A stretch of DNA of 64,000 bases from Candidatus Binatia bacterium (GTDB taxonomy: Bacteria; Desulfobacterota; Binatia; Bin18), in NCBI GenBank assembly GCA_963664395.2, contig OY761159.2, forward strand, positions 4,640,001 to 4,704,000, read 5' to 3'. Position 1 is the first letter of the stretch, and every line of letters starts with the position of its first letter. Positions 37,942 to 47,500 of the stretch are shown piece after piece. The position numbers and the translations under genes are program-made. The notes beneath the pieces are model-generated. The model had not been told where the DNA came from. It searched no databases and worked only from the letters and a program-made list of their open reading frames with translations.

Positions 37942-39252
37942 TTAGTCTTGCAGGGCATCTTTGACGCTCTCGGGATCAAGAAGTTGCGTTTTTCGTAAGG
38001 TTGCCTGAGCGTTGAGCAACTGGGTTTTGGCCGCCCCGGTCGCGAGACTCTGTGTTTTCTTCAATTCACTCTGGAGCCCTTCGAGCGCTTGGGTTGCCTT
38101 CGTGTTCCCAAGTCGTTGGGTTCCGGCTATGGCATTGCCCAACAATCGCGTGGCTTTGTCGGTATTGCCGGCAGCCATAGCAGCCTCAGCCTGCATTTGG
38201 ATCTTGGCGACGCTGACTTGATCAACGAGATTCATCACATAGCCGTTCGCCTTGCCAATGGAAGCTCGCTCAAGCGTATAGTTCACCACAACGTCCACGT
38301 TTTCGTGTTGGTTCTTGGCCTCAGGCGTATCGTAATGCAGCCCGGCCTGAGCGAGCCGGACCCGACCGGGGCGGCGGGGCGGTAAGACTAACACTGCCAA
38401 TGCCGAACTTGGCGTACCCGCTTCAATATCTCCCAACGGGAGAGAAATAATCCGATTGGCATCGGGCGTAATATCTTTAATCGGGTAAATCTGAGGACTG
38501 GCGCGAAAGGCTTCTTTCACCTGCACCCCAGCGCTCAGTTGCACCTCAATACGCGCATTGGTCAGTGCGACATTCCGAAGTCCCTGGAGTTCGCTGGAAA
38601 AAATATCCGGAATTGAGGCCGGGGTATCAATAAAGTGATAATTGGACCCGCTCGCCTCCGCCATTTCCATCAGCAGTTTTTCATTAAACTCGCCGCCCAC
38701 GCCGAGTGTGCTACACGAAATACGGTCACGATGCTGACGGGCGAGATCGAGACATTTGCGCTCCTCATACGTCTGACCATCGGTCAGGAGCAACAGCCGG
38801 TTCAGGCGGTTGGGCGAATAATACTTCTCGACCTCGGCAAGCGCCGCTTCCATCCCCAGCGCCATTTGTGTTCCGCCCCCGATCTCCAACAGATCCAGAT
38901 CGTCAATGGCTCGTTTCACACCGGATGCATCCGCAGCCACCCGGTCTGCCGTTGCCGCAACGTCTGCCTTGTCTGCAAACGCGACCACCGCCGCCTTGTC
39001 ATCCGGACCAAGATTATCAATCAGATATTTGACGGCATCAATGACATAATCAAGCCGCTGTTCATCATACATGGAACCGCTCCGGTCAAGCACAATGCCG
39101 AGATTGAGAGGCAGGCGCACGCCCCCGCCTTGCGGCTTTGTCTCCATGAGCAGGTACAGGATAAAATTTTCTGCGCTGCTCAGCACGGCATTACGGCTTG
39201 TCAACGCTTGGAAACCAACAGCAGCAGACACGAGAGGCTCCTTTTTTGCCAA
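37942..39252 (-). CDS. Cytoplasmic vWA domain protein
   Basis: LDRSGSM MIDAS, GGT, LLLTDGQ; beta domain followed by a helical C-terminus. Confidence 0.9.
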   Translation of the reverse strand: MAKKEPLVSAAVGFQALTSRNAVLSSAENFILYLLMETKPQGGGVRLPLNLGIVLDRSGSMYDEQRLDYVIDAVKYLIDNLGPDDKAAVVAFADKADVAATADRVAADASGVKRAIDDLDLLEIGGGTQMALGMEAALAEVEKYYSPNRLNRLLLLTDGQTYEERKCLDLARQHRDRISCSTLGVGGEFNEKLLMEMAEASGSNYHFIDTPASIPDIFSSELQGLRNVALTNARIEVQLSAGVQVKEAFRASPQIYPIKDITPDANRIISLPLGDIEAGTPSSALAVLVLPPRRPGRVRLAQAGLHYDTPEAKNQHENVDVVVNYTLERASIGKANGYVMNLVDQVSVAKIQMQAEAAMAAGNTDKATRLLGNAIAGTQRLGNTKATQALEGLQSELKKTQSLATGAAKTQLLNAQATLRKTQLLDPESVKDALQD

Positions 39253-39339
39253 GAGAATTGTTCAGAAGAATTGTTGAATTTTTATCTCACGTTTTTTCCC
39301 CAGGAGCAATATAACTACCCGCGAATTCTTGCGGCCTTA

Positions 39340-39828
39340 TTACTCCGGCTTCCGAAACTGGTCGTGACAGCCCTTACACGTTCCGAACATCTTTTGCATA
39401 TGTTCCTTGACTGCAGCGGCATTGTTTTCTCCTGCGGCCACGGCAAGCGCGTCAGCTTCTGTACTCAGTTCTGTGGCTGAGGCGAGAAAAGCGTCCCAGT
39501 TCTGCCAAATTTCTTCTTTCGCCCGAGAGGAGTCTGACGTGCTGCCCTCCGGAAAGAGCCCTGCGATCCGGGTGGAATGAAGGGCTATGGCGGCGGCATT
39601 CATTTTTGCCTCTTTGAGTGTACCGGCATCGATCTTGCCTTTCATCTCCTTGGCATTGGCCCCAATATTCTCCATCAGATACTCGCGAAACGGCACCGCC
39701 TGCTGAGGGTCCGGCATATGGGTGGGATGATTTTCATGCCCAAAACTCGACCCACTATGCAGACAACTTGCCACCACAACTGCGCTGACCAAAGCCATAC
39801 GGACCACACGTTTGACCCGACCTTTCAT
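39340..39828 (-). CDS. Cytochrome c' / c556 (class II four-helix cytochrome c)
   Basis: Signal peptide, LFPEGS, A..EIW.NWD.F, C-terminal CKGCH. Confidence 0.9.
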   Translation of the reverse strand: MKGRVKRVVRMALVSAVVVASCLHSGSSFGHENHPTHMPDPQQAVPFREYLMENIGANAKEMKGKIDAGTLKEAKMNAAAIALHSTRIAGLFPEGSTSDSSRAKEEIWQNWDAFLASATELSTEADALAVAAGENNAAAVKEHMQKMFGTCKGCHDQFRKPE

Positions 39829-39886
39829 TGCAGCACCTCCTTACTTACGAAAAACACGCCCGCCCGCGTTGCGTCTCAGGGCTCCG

Positions 39887-40834
39887 TTACTGTTCTGACT
39901 CCCAGGTAGAAAATTTGGGAGCAACCGATTTGAGATATTGGGCAACCGCCTGCGCATCTTCATCTGTCATGTCTTTGTACCCGCCTCCGGGTACCCCATC
40001 AATCACCAAGGCCATCAGCCCTTGGACGTTATCAAAATTCGGGAGAAAACCGGTGCGCAGCAGCGAGACGATTTCCCCTTCGCTCCACTGCCCGATACCC
40101 GTTTCGTCATCAGGGGTAATATTGGGAGCGACCTCGCCGTCAATACCCGCCGGATTGCCAGCTAAATTTTGCGCACGGTCGAGGGTGCCAAACACCGTGC
40201 GCGGCGTATGGCACTCCTGGCAATGGGCGAGATGTTCACTGATGTAGCGACCTCGGGCAACCGGGTCTGCCCTTGCAAGCACGCGGGTTTCGGCTGGTTC
40301 AAAAAACAGCCAGCGCCAGACGCGCATGGCAAGCCCGGAAAACGGAACGGTGATAGCGTGGGAGAGGTTTTTTTGCGCAATCGGCTCAAGGCTGCGCAGG
40401 AAAGCGACCAGAGCAGTCACATCTTCATCCGTCATTCCGCTCAAGGCCGGATACGGCATGACTGGACTCATGACCGTGCCATCAGGTTTCACCCCCCGCC
40501 GGATCGCGTCGATGATTTCCCGGTCCGTCCAGTTGCCGATACCGTGGACCGGGTCGGGTGTGATATTGGTCCCGTAAAACCTCCCGTACGGAGTCTCAAG
40601 CGGTCGTCCACCCGCATTGACCGGCCCATTATCGGCCGTATGGCAGCCACATCCGCCGGCCAAGGAAAATATATACCGCCCGTGGGCGACGAGGTCCGAG
40701 GTATCAGCCCAGACGTTCTGGAGGCGACCGAATGAAAAGGTAAAAAGAAGGCACAGGCAAAGAAGCGGTCTTTGTCTATGCCGCTTTCTTGCAGCAGGCA
40801 GTGACGACTCGGCTGGAGTCAATTGATCTGCCAT
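39887..40834 (-). CDS. Di-haem cytochrome c (dehydrogenase cytochrome subunit-like)
   Basis: G.Y...GGCGCHT, NITPDP.HGIG.W, PVMPY, RG.Y...HCQECHTPR, APNITPD.ETGIG.WS. Confidence 0.88.
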   Translation of the reverse strand: MADQLTPAESSLPAARKRHRQRPLLCLCLLFTFSFGRLQNVWADTSDLVAHGRYIFSLAGGCGCHTADNGPVNAGGRPLETPYGRFYGTNITPDPVHGIGNWTDREIIDAIRRGVKPDGTVMSPVMPYPALSGMTDEDVTALVAFLRSLEPIAQKNLSHAITVPFSGLAMRVWRWLFFEPAETRVLARADPVARGRYISEHLAHCQECHTPRTVFGTLDRAQNLAGNPAGIDGEVAPNITPDDETGIGQWSEGEIVSLLRTGFLPNFDNVQGLMALVIDGVPGGGYKDMTDEDAQAVAQYLKSVAPKFSTWESEQ

Positions 40835-40879
40835 GGGGGATATTGGGGGATCAATAGTGACCTGCTACTATACCCGGCC

Positions 40880-41401
40880 ATGCAACGGCTCGGTCTCAGC
40901 GTTGGCGGTTTCTTGCTTCTTGGAACCGCAAGCCTGCTCTATCTGTTCTCTTCACTTGGAGAAACATCGCTCTATAACGCGTGGGGGTATACCATATATG
41001 CTGACTTTGAAAGTGCCACCGGCCTTGCATCCGGCGCGCCGGTCGAGATTGTCGGTGTCCGCGTAGGCCGGGTTGATACCGTCCAGCTTACGGGTATGCG
41101 TGCGAAAGTAAGATTCACCATACAGAACAACATCGAGATTCAAGAAGATGCGATCGCGTCTATCCAAACCAAGGGTTTACTTGGCGGCTCCTATCTCCTG
41201 ATCTCACTTGGCGGGTCGGATAAAATCATCCCGCCCGGCGGAGTGATCAGAGAGACAGAGTCGCCCATTGACCTGCCAGGACTCATGGCAGCCTATATTG
41301 CCAGCCGCAAGGACACAGCCAAGGAAACAGCCCTAGAGAGTCCCCTAGAGAGTCCCCTAGAGAGTCCCCTAGAGAGTCCCCTAGAGAGTCCTTCCCCCTA
41401 A
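40880..41401 (+). CDS. mlaD: MlaD / MCE-domain protein
   Basis: N-terminal TM, A.FESATGL..GAPV.I.GVRVGRV, IQTKGLLG..Y..ISLGG. Confidence 0.85.
   Translation: MQRLGLSVGGFLLLGTASLLYLFSSLGETSLYNAWGYTIYADFESATGLASGAPVEIVGVRVGRVDTVQLTGMRAKVRFTIQNNIEIQEDAIASIQTKGLLGGSYLLISLGGSDKIIPPGGVIRETESPIDLPGLMAAYIASRKDTAKETALESPLESPLESPLESPLESPSP
41331..41390 (+). repeat. Five perfect copies of a 12-bp tandem repeat (LESP) at the mlaD 3' end
   Basis: ccctagagagtc x5. Confidence 0.95.
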
Positions 41402-41739
41402 AGCAGGATGTGGGCAAAATGCCCGCGCTCCAAACTCTATTCAGCTCGATCACTCCGTTTACGCCGACGGTATGACGCCGGTTTCATGCGGACTTTGCCA
41501 CACTGAGGACAGCGCCACTTTTCTTGTTTGTGAGGCCGATGCGCCTCTACTCTCATTTTTGCTCGGCAGCGTGGACAGATCATTGTTCAATCCAGATATC
41601 ATACCCAATGAGCCGCTCCCGCACGGATTATCCGGTGTGTCCCAAATCGGGGCTTGCCTGTTCTCGCCAAGGGAGCTATGGGGGAAAGCTCATACCGATG
41701 CTGAAAAATCACCGTAATTGCTAGTGTGGGAGTCGCCGA

Positions 41740-42981
41740 ATGCTCAGCCCCTATCGAGCCCTTGACCTGACAACCGAACGCGGATTGCTGTGTGGCCAGA
41801 TCCTGGCCGATCTTGGCGCCGACGTGATTAAAATCGAACCCCCCGGCGGCTCCTCGGCTCGCAAGCTCGGCCCCTTCTATCAGGACCAGGAAGACGCGGA
41901 AAACTCTCTCTACTGGTGGGCCTATAACCGCAACAAACGGGGAGTGACGCTCGATATCACGCGGTCGGAAGGACAGCAGCTTCTGCGGCGCATGGCAAAG
42001 GGCGCAAAATTTCTGATTGAATCGGACAATCCCGGCCGCCTCGCCCAATACGGCCTGAGCTATGCTGAGTTAGCGGCGGACAATCCGGGGCTGATTTATG
42101 TCTCGATTACGCCATTCGGACAAGACGGGCCGAAGGCCAGCTATGCGGACAGCGACCTGATTATTCTGGCCAGCAGCGGACCGCTCGTCATTACCGGCGA
42201 CGAAGACCGCCCGCCGGTCCGCCTGAGCCTGCCCCAGGGCTATCTGCACGCCAGCGCCGCTGCGGCGCCGGCAGCGCTGATTGCCCTGTACGAATCACAT
42301 CGATCGAACCGCGGTCAGCACATTGATATTTCCGCCCAGCAGGCTGCGGCCCAGGCAACACAATCGACCATTCTCTCGGCTCCGCTCAATGATGCGGAAA
42401 CACGGCGTATGGCCGGCGGGGCAAAAATGGGATCGTTGGCAATCCGCCTGCTCTGGCCGGCTAAGAATGGCCATGTTTCGATTGCCTATCTGTTTGGCTC
42501 GGCGTTTGCTCATTTCACCAAGCGCCTGATGGATTGGATATATGAAGAAGGTTTTTGTGACAAAGCAGTCCAACAAATGGACTGGGTTGGGATGGGCGGT
42601 CCCCTCTTTGGTGGCGACCCGAAAACGATTGAAGACTATGAACGCCTCAAACTGATCGTTGAAGACTTCACCAAGACCAAAACCAAAGAAGAGCTGTTCC
42701 GGAACGCACTGGAGCGTGGCCTGCTTATCGCCCCGGTCACCACGCTTGACGAGGTCGTCCACAGTAAGCAGCTCGATTCCCGTCAATACTGGACTACGGT
42801 TGACCATGATGAGATTGGGAAAGCGTTCGCCTATCCCGGTCCGTTTGCCAAGTTCAGCGAGCAGCCGATTGCCTATAAGCGCCGACCGCCGAAGATTGGT
42901 GAGCACAATGCTGAGGTCTATGGCGAACTCGGCCTTGGTGCACAAGCGTTAGCAGAGCTACAGAACAAGGGAATAATCTGA
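41740..42981 (+). CDS. Family III (CaiB/BaiF) CoA-transferase, BbsE-like subunit
   Basis: LADLGADVIKIEPPGG, NRNKRGVTLD, SITPFGQDGP, GQHIDIS, PP.IGEHN. Confidence 0.9.
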   Translation: MLSPYRALDLTTERGLLCGQILADLGADVIKIEPPGGSSARKLGPFYQDQEDAENSLYWWAYNRNKRGVTLDITRSEGQQLLRRMAKGAKFLIESDNPGRLAQYGLSYAELAADNPGLIYVSITPFGQDGPKASYADSDLIILASSGPLVITGDEDRPPVRLSLPQGYLHASAAAAPAALIALYESHRSNRGQHIDISAQQAAAQATQSTILSAPLNDAETRRMAGGAKMGSLAIRLLWPAKNGHVSIAYLFGSAFAHFTKRLMDWIYEEGFCDKAVQQMDWVGMGGPLFGGDPKTIEDYERLKLIVEDFTKTKTKEELFRNALERGLLIAPVTTLDEVVHSKQLDSRQYWTTVDHDEIGKAFAYPGPFAKFSEQPIAYKRRPPKIGEHNAEVYGELGLGAQALAELQNKGII

Positions 42982-43007
42982 CCGAGACTCACTCAGGAGG
43001 GGTAACC

Positions 43008-44249
43008 ATGGCAGAGGGACAACACACCGGCAGTGAAAACAATCAAGCCCTGGCTGGGGTCAAAGTGCTCGATTTCATGTGGGCGATGGCCGGCCCCGGC
43101 TCGACGCGTATTTTGGCCGACTACGGGGCGACCGTTGTTCGGGTTGAATCCACCACACGATTTGACGCAGTACGCATGGTCGGTCCCTTTCAAAACAAGC
43201 AACCCGGCCCGAACAATTCTGGTTTGTTCAACAATATGAACACGGGCAAACTGCCGATGACCTTGAATCTGTCCAAACCGGAGTCGCGCGATATCATTTT
43301 TGACTTGGTGCGCTGGGCAGACGTGGTGACTGAGTCCTTTTCTCCCAAAGCCATGCGGGAGTGGGGCTTTGACTACGAGTCGCTCAAGAAAATCAAGCCC
43401 GATATCATCATGCTCAGCACCTGCTTGATGGGCCAAACCGGACCGCATTCTCACTTTGCCGGGTTTGGCAATCTAGCCGCGGCCCTATCAGGATTTTTCG
43501 ATCCGACCGGTTGGCCCGACCGCGCGCCGGCCGGACCATTCGGTGCCTACACTGATTATATTGCCCCATGGTATAACGCCGCGGCCGTGCTGGCTGCCTT
43601 GGAACACAAGCACCAGACTGGTACAGGCCAACATATTGACCTGGCGCAAGCCGAAGCCTCTCTCCATTTTCTGGCACCATTTCTTTTAGATCAAACCGTC
43701 AATGGACGGACCCAGACCCGTATGGGCAACCGGGACATGAACTTCGCTCCTCACGGTGTGTATCAAGCGGCAGGAGATGACCGCTGGGTGGCGATTGGCG
43801 TGGAAACTGACGACCAGTGGCGTTCACTGTGTGAGACCATGAACCGCTCGGACCTCGGCAGTGACGAACGTCTTGCCACGGTAAAAGGCCGGCTGGCCAA
43901 TCAGGACGAAATTGATGCAGCCATAAATGAATGGAGCAGCCAAGTCGGTCCCTACGATGCCGAAGAAAAACTTCAGGCGAAAAAGGTTCCGGCCAGCGCA
44001 GTCGAAACCATAAACGAGTTGTACGAAGACAAGCAGCTTCAGCACCGTGAGCACTTTGTAGACCTGGATCATCCCGACTTCGGCAAGACCACGGTCGAAG
44101 GCAGCCGTTTCAAATTCTCCCGGACCCCGGCCCAGATTAACCGTTCTGCTCCGACGCTGGGGCGTGAGAATCAGAACGTGTTGAAGAATATTCTGGGCTA
44201 TAATGAAGAGAAGATCACCGAGTTGGTGATTGCCGAGGTGTTGGAGTAG
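43008..44249 (+). CDS. Family III (CaiB/BaiF) CoA-transferase, BbsF-like subunit
   Basis: LAGVKVLDF..AMAGP, LADYGATVVRVE, GAYTDY, GQHIDLAQ, APHGVY, APTLG. Confidence 0.9.
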   Translation: MAEGQHTGSENNQALAGVKVLDFMWAMAGPGSTRILADYGATVVRVESTTRFDAVRMVGPFQNKQPGPNNSGLFNNMNTGKLPMTLNLSKPESRDIIFDLVRWADVVTESFSPKAMREWGFDYESLKKIKPDIIMLSTCLMGQTGPHSHFAGFGNLAAALSGFFDPTGWPDRAPAGPFGAYTDYIAPWYNAAAVLAALEHKHQTGTGQHIDLAQAEASLHFLAPFLLDQTVNGRTQTRMGNRDMNFAPHGVYQAAGDDRWVAIGVETDDQWRSLCETMNRSDLGSDERLATVKGRLANQDEIDAAINEWSSQVGPYDAEEKLQAKKVPASAVETINELYEDKQLQHREHFVDLDHPDFGKTTVEGSRFKFSRTPAQINRSAPTLGRENQNVLKNILGYNEEKITELVIAEVLE

Positions 44250-44271
44250 AAGACACCCGCATTCATATCCG

Positions 44272-44309
44272 AGCCAAAAAGGGCGCGCGGCGGTGCGCCC
44301 TTTTTGGCT
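44272..44309. terminator. Bidirectional intrinsic terminator
   Basis: AGCCAAAAAGGGCGC-gcggcggt-GCGCCCTTTTTGGCT. Confidence 0.85.
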
Positions 44310-44780
44310 GATTCGGAAGAACAGCGGCTTGACTCAGATACCCCTTCAAAGTTCCGTTTAGAATCTCCATCACTTAGAGGATAGGTAACCCTGATCGTGC
44401 GAGCAGTTCGTCGATCTGCTGGCGGTCCGCACGCTCCTCACTAGGTGTGTAGCCAGGCCATAGCTGACCGTAAAACGACCGTAAAACGACACAATGTAAT
44501 CCTCGATCGTCGGGGCCAGCTTTCGCTTGCTGGCCACCAAGAGGAGCAGCTTCAATACCAAGATTTTGTAGACACGGTCATGCTCCTTCAGCGGGAACGC
44601 GCTGATCGCCAGCGCAGTCTGCTTGGCCTCATCTATCGCACCTAGCAAGAGCCATAGCTGGCCCCAAAACCGTAACGTTTCAAGGTCGAATCACCCTCCC
44701 CCACCGAAACGATCTGAGGCAACGCGAACGAGTTCGGTAGCGAGCATTTCATCGTAGTGTACATCCGTCCCGCCTTGACT

Positions 44781-44808
44781 GTAGGGGCGACGCATGCGTC
44801 GCCCCTAC
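44781..44808. repeat. GTAG-family REP palindrome
   Basis: Perfect 28-bp palindrome GTAGGGGCGACGCATGCGTCGCCCCTAC. Confidence 0.8.
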
Positions 44809-44840
44809 TCGAACCTCCACTCGTCGGCCACAAACAGCTC

Positions 44841-45224
44841 TCACACAGACAACTCGTTGACGACCGGCGAATGGTTTTCAAGAACAAGCTGATCGATGGT
44901 ACAGAAAGGAGTCCGACGAGCTGCGCTATGAGCGGACAGGAGTCGGTCAAACGGGTCGCGTGTCCATGCTATCGGCGTAGCATGGCGAATGAGGGAGAGG
45001 AGCGGAATCTCATCCACCAGGAAGCGCGGGTCGTTCAGCAGGGTTTCTGTGAATTCTGGATTTTCGATCTCTATTCGGCCTACCTCAGCCAGGTATTGCG
45101 CCTCAAGCAGCGATATCGGAGAAACGCCCCACGGACGATATTTATCCAGCCAGGTAAACTCCTTGAGTCGATTTGACCCAAGGACAAGCCAAATCAGGAA
45201 ATGGGTATCGAGCAGAATAGTCAC
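44841..45224 (-). CDS. vapC: PIN-domain (VapC-like) toxin
   Basis: ILLDTHFLIW, VSPISLLE, RDPFDRLL; the GTG start overlaps the antitoxin stop (GTGA). Confidence 0.88.
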   Translation of the reverse strand: MTILLDTHFLIWLVLGSNRLKEFTWLDKYRPWGVSPISLLEAQYLAEVGRIEIENPEFTETLLNDPRFLVDEIPLLSLIRHATPIAWTRDPFDRLLSAHSAARRTPFCTIDQLVLENHSPVVNELSV

Positions 45225-45487
45225 TGTTTTTTTCGGGAGATCGACGCGAGGCCCTGGCTTTCTCCTTGCCAATCCCAACTCCACTGATCAACTTGGTCAG
45301 CATCAGGAACACGCAGGAGACGTGTATAGTCAGGAAACTGTTGTTTCGATTTCGTGACTTTTTTGTCTTCCCGGCGTAAGACGAGTCTCTGTCCCTTCCG
45401 CTCCAGGACAATGATTTCCCCGGCGACGACTTCGTCAAGTACCCGGAACCAATTTTTCCTCGCCTCAGAGGCGGTCAACCTTTTCAT
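45221..45487 (-). CDS. Phd/YefM-family antitoxin
   Basis: MKRLTASEARKNWFRVLDEV..GE.IVLERKG; TGTAC-AAC-GTACA palindrome at 45489-45501 just before the start. Confidence 0.85.
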   Translation of the reverse strand: MKRLTASEARKNWFRVLDEVVAGEIIVLERKGQRLVLRREDKKVTKSKQQFPDYTRLLRVPDADQVDQWSWDWQGESQGLASISRKKQ

Positions 45488-45523
45488 GTGTACAACGTAC
45501 AAGTTGATGGTAACGATTGCCAG
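45273..45523. repeat. Direct repeat copy 1 (251 bp; copy 2 at 55714-55964)
   Basis: Ungapped manual alignment with about 34 mismatches (about 86% identity). Confidence 0.92.
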
Positions 45524-45577
45524 ACGCTTCTTAATTTTTACCCTGGCAGAGAAGAGCTGACGTTCTCCTCTCCGCCG

Positions 45578-46210
45578 CTACCAACTCCTTACCTCACGAG
45601 CCAGGGCACCGAATCCGGTAGGAAAGCATTGTTCGAGAAGCTGTAAATCCTGAGTGAGTCTTTGCGCTTCTTTGGTTGCGCGACGGGTCTCCAATTCCAG
45701 CGAAGGACGTGATGTTTCGTAAACATCTTCTTTCAGGCTCCTCGTGGTATAGGGGAAAGGACCCGACGGCAGACTTGCTATCCAAGCAGCCTCAGTGACG
45801 TGTGGGTCGAGACCACATCGATACCATGCCTCTATTGCTGGAACGGCTATACCGACTGCAATCTTAATCTGAGGGCGTCCCTGAACAGGTCGAAGTTGGT
45901 CAAGAACAGGATCAATAGTCTGGCGCATTTTGCAAAGCCGGCATCTCTCATCCGCGCCGCCCGCTTGCTCATGCTCTGGCCCGTGCAGCGGTGTCCGGTC
46001 AGAATCCACCACAATGACGAGAGCATCTGCGTCCGTTCGGTAGTGTAAGTGCTTGAGTACAGTCGGAAGAATTGTGAAGACACCGGAGACGCCGCGTGTT
46101 CCGATTGGAGGCATATCAACTGCTTGAGTTTGCCTACCAACAATGCCTTCAATGAGAATACGAATCGCCGCCTCATCTGCCGGCGATTCGCTGAGGACCG
46201 CTACCTTCAT
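45578..46210 (-). CDS. TOPRIM-like (DUF4276/DUF4435-like) protein coupled to the upstream ATPase
   Basis: VAVLSESPAD, VIVVDSD, AIEAW; ATGA overlap with the ATPase stop. Confidence 0.65.
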   Translation of the reverse strand: MKVAVLSESPADEAAIRILIEGIVGRQTQAVDMPPIGTRGVSGVFTILPTVLKHLHYRTDADALVIVVDSDRTPLHGPEHEQAGGADERCRLCKMRQTIDPVLDQLRPVQGRPQIKIAVGIAVPAIEAWYRCGLDPHVTEAAWIASLPSGPFPYTTRSLKEDVYETSRPSLELETRRATKEAQRLTQDLQLLEQCFPTGFGALAREVRSW

Positions 46211-47177
46211 TGCTCGGCCGGCACACCACCGAGAACGCCGCTATACCAGACCTCGCCCAAGGGAGCATCGTCCAGCACTTCCATAATGTCAGGTTGGTCA
46301 GACAACCGCTCAAATTGGGCTCCATCCGCAGTCTTCTGAGCAATGACAATTTCTTCCGGATGATCTTTATAGAGGTCCAGAAAATACGGAGAATGCGTCG
46401 TTGCAATCACTTGAACTGGCTGACGATCTTCGCCGAACTGTTTTGGGTAGCTTAACCGATAGAGCGCCGTCTGGATGTTACGTAAAAGGCGAGGATGAAC
46501 CCCCCGTTCCGGTTCCTCTATGCCGATTAGTGAGGGTGGATCAGGGAAGATACGCCAGGGTGAGAATGGCCAAGGCCAACACCGTCCCTTGGGACAGGTC
46601 TCTAGCCGGCAGCGCATGATGGCCTTTTCGTGTTCGTAATGAAAAGGCCCGATGTCCGGTCTTTGGCGTTTCAAAAAGGATACGATCGAATTCCGGCAGC
46701 CACCGCCCGAACTCATCATTCAACGCCTCAAACCGCTCGGGTTCCTTATCTCTGAGACTATCCATAACACCCGCAAGATTATGTCCGTTCGAGGAAAGTT
46801 CAGCGGCAGGTTCAAGCTGACGGGCTGAATTATGGCCGAAGCGTCTAACGAATAAACTCGTGTTCTGAGTGATAGCGGGAAAAGAATCGGAGTAATCCCA
46901 GTAATTACCGCTCCAAACGCGCAGTCGTTACCACTTTGTCATAGAACTCGCTCCATTGGAGTGTAATCTCTACGGCCCTATTATCTGTTGCTTTTCAGAC
47001 CAACAGTAACAAACTTTTTAGATTCTTGCTGACCCGTGTGCGACTGACAGATTGGAGGGCTTGCAAAGCCGTACTCTTGCCACTCCCGTTCGGTCCGACA
47101 ATTAAAGTAAAAGGCGCAAGCGGAAGTGTCGCGTTTCGTAATATCTTGAAATTCTGGAATTGGATTGAGTCAAGCAT
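46207..47177 (-). pseudogene. ABC/AAA (AAA_15/AAA_21-like) ATPase with several frameshifts (real decay or sequence error)
   Basis: Fragments: IQFQNFK..GPNGSGKS (Walker A), LSQGT (signature), IGIEEPERGVHP (Walker B), VIATTHSP; one extra C near 46545; garbled 46800-47000. Confidence 0.8.
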
Positions 47178-47500
47178 ACGAACCGCCTTCGGGCTCTTGT
47201 GGTCAGTACAGCTATCGCTATTCAGACCGTAGTATGGACTGAGATGAAGAAGAAGAGCAATAGGGAATGAGGCGGAGTGATTGCCATTGACTAGCCTTTG
47301 TGCGAGAGCGCGGCTTCGATTTATTCGGGCGTCTCCTCCGTGTAGGAGAAGGGATGAACGCCTGCCCCGCGATCCGTAAGGCTCTCCTCTGTTCCGTAGG
47401 CCCCGGCCTCGCCTCTGCTTCTTTTCGGTACACGCCCGGAGTGTTGTGTCCTGCGTTCCGTGTGATATCCGCTACAGGCCGCTAAGGGATAAGCAGAAAG

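Noticed and set aside
30554-39252. Type VI or type VII secretion locus
   Set aside because: Kinase, PP2C and FHA genes are present, but there are no tss, hcp, vgrG or FtsK/WXG100 genes in the window
41331-41390. Possible CRISPR array
   Set aside because: Contiguous 12-bp units without spacers, inside a CDS; no cas genes
44370-44648. Small ORFs on both strands at the island's left edge
   Set aside because: No recognisable motif or RBS; probably degraded sequence
44781-44808. RAYT/REP mobile unit
   Set aside because: Only one REP palindrome and no HUH transposase nearby
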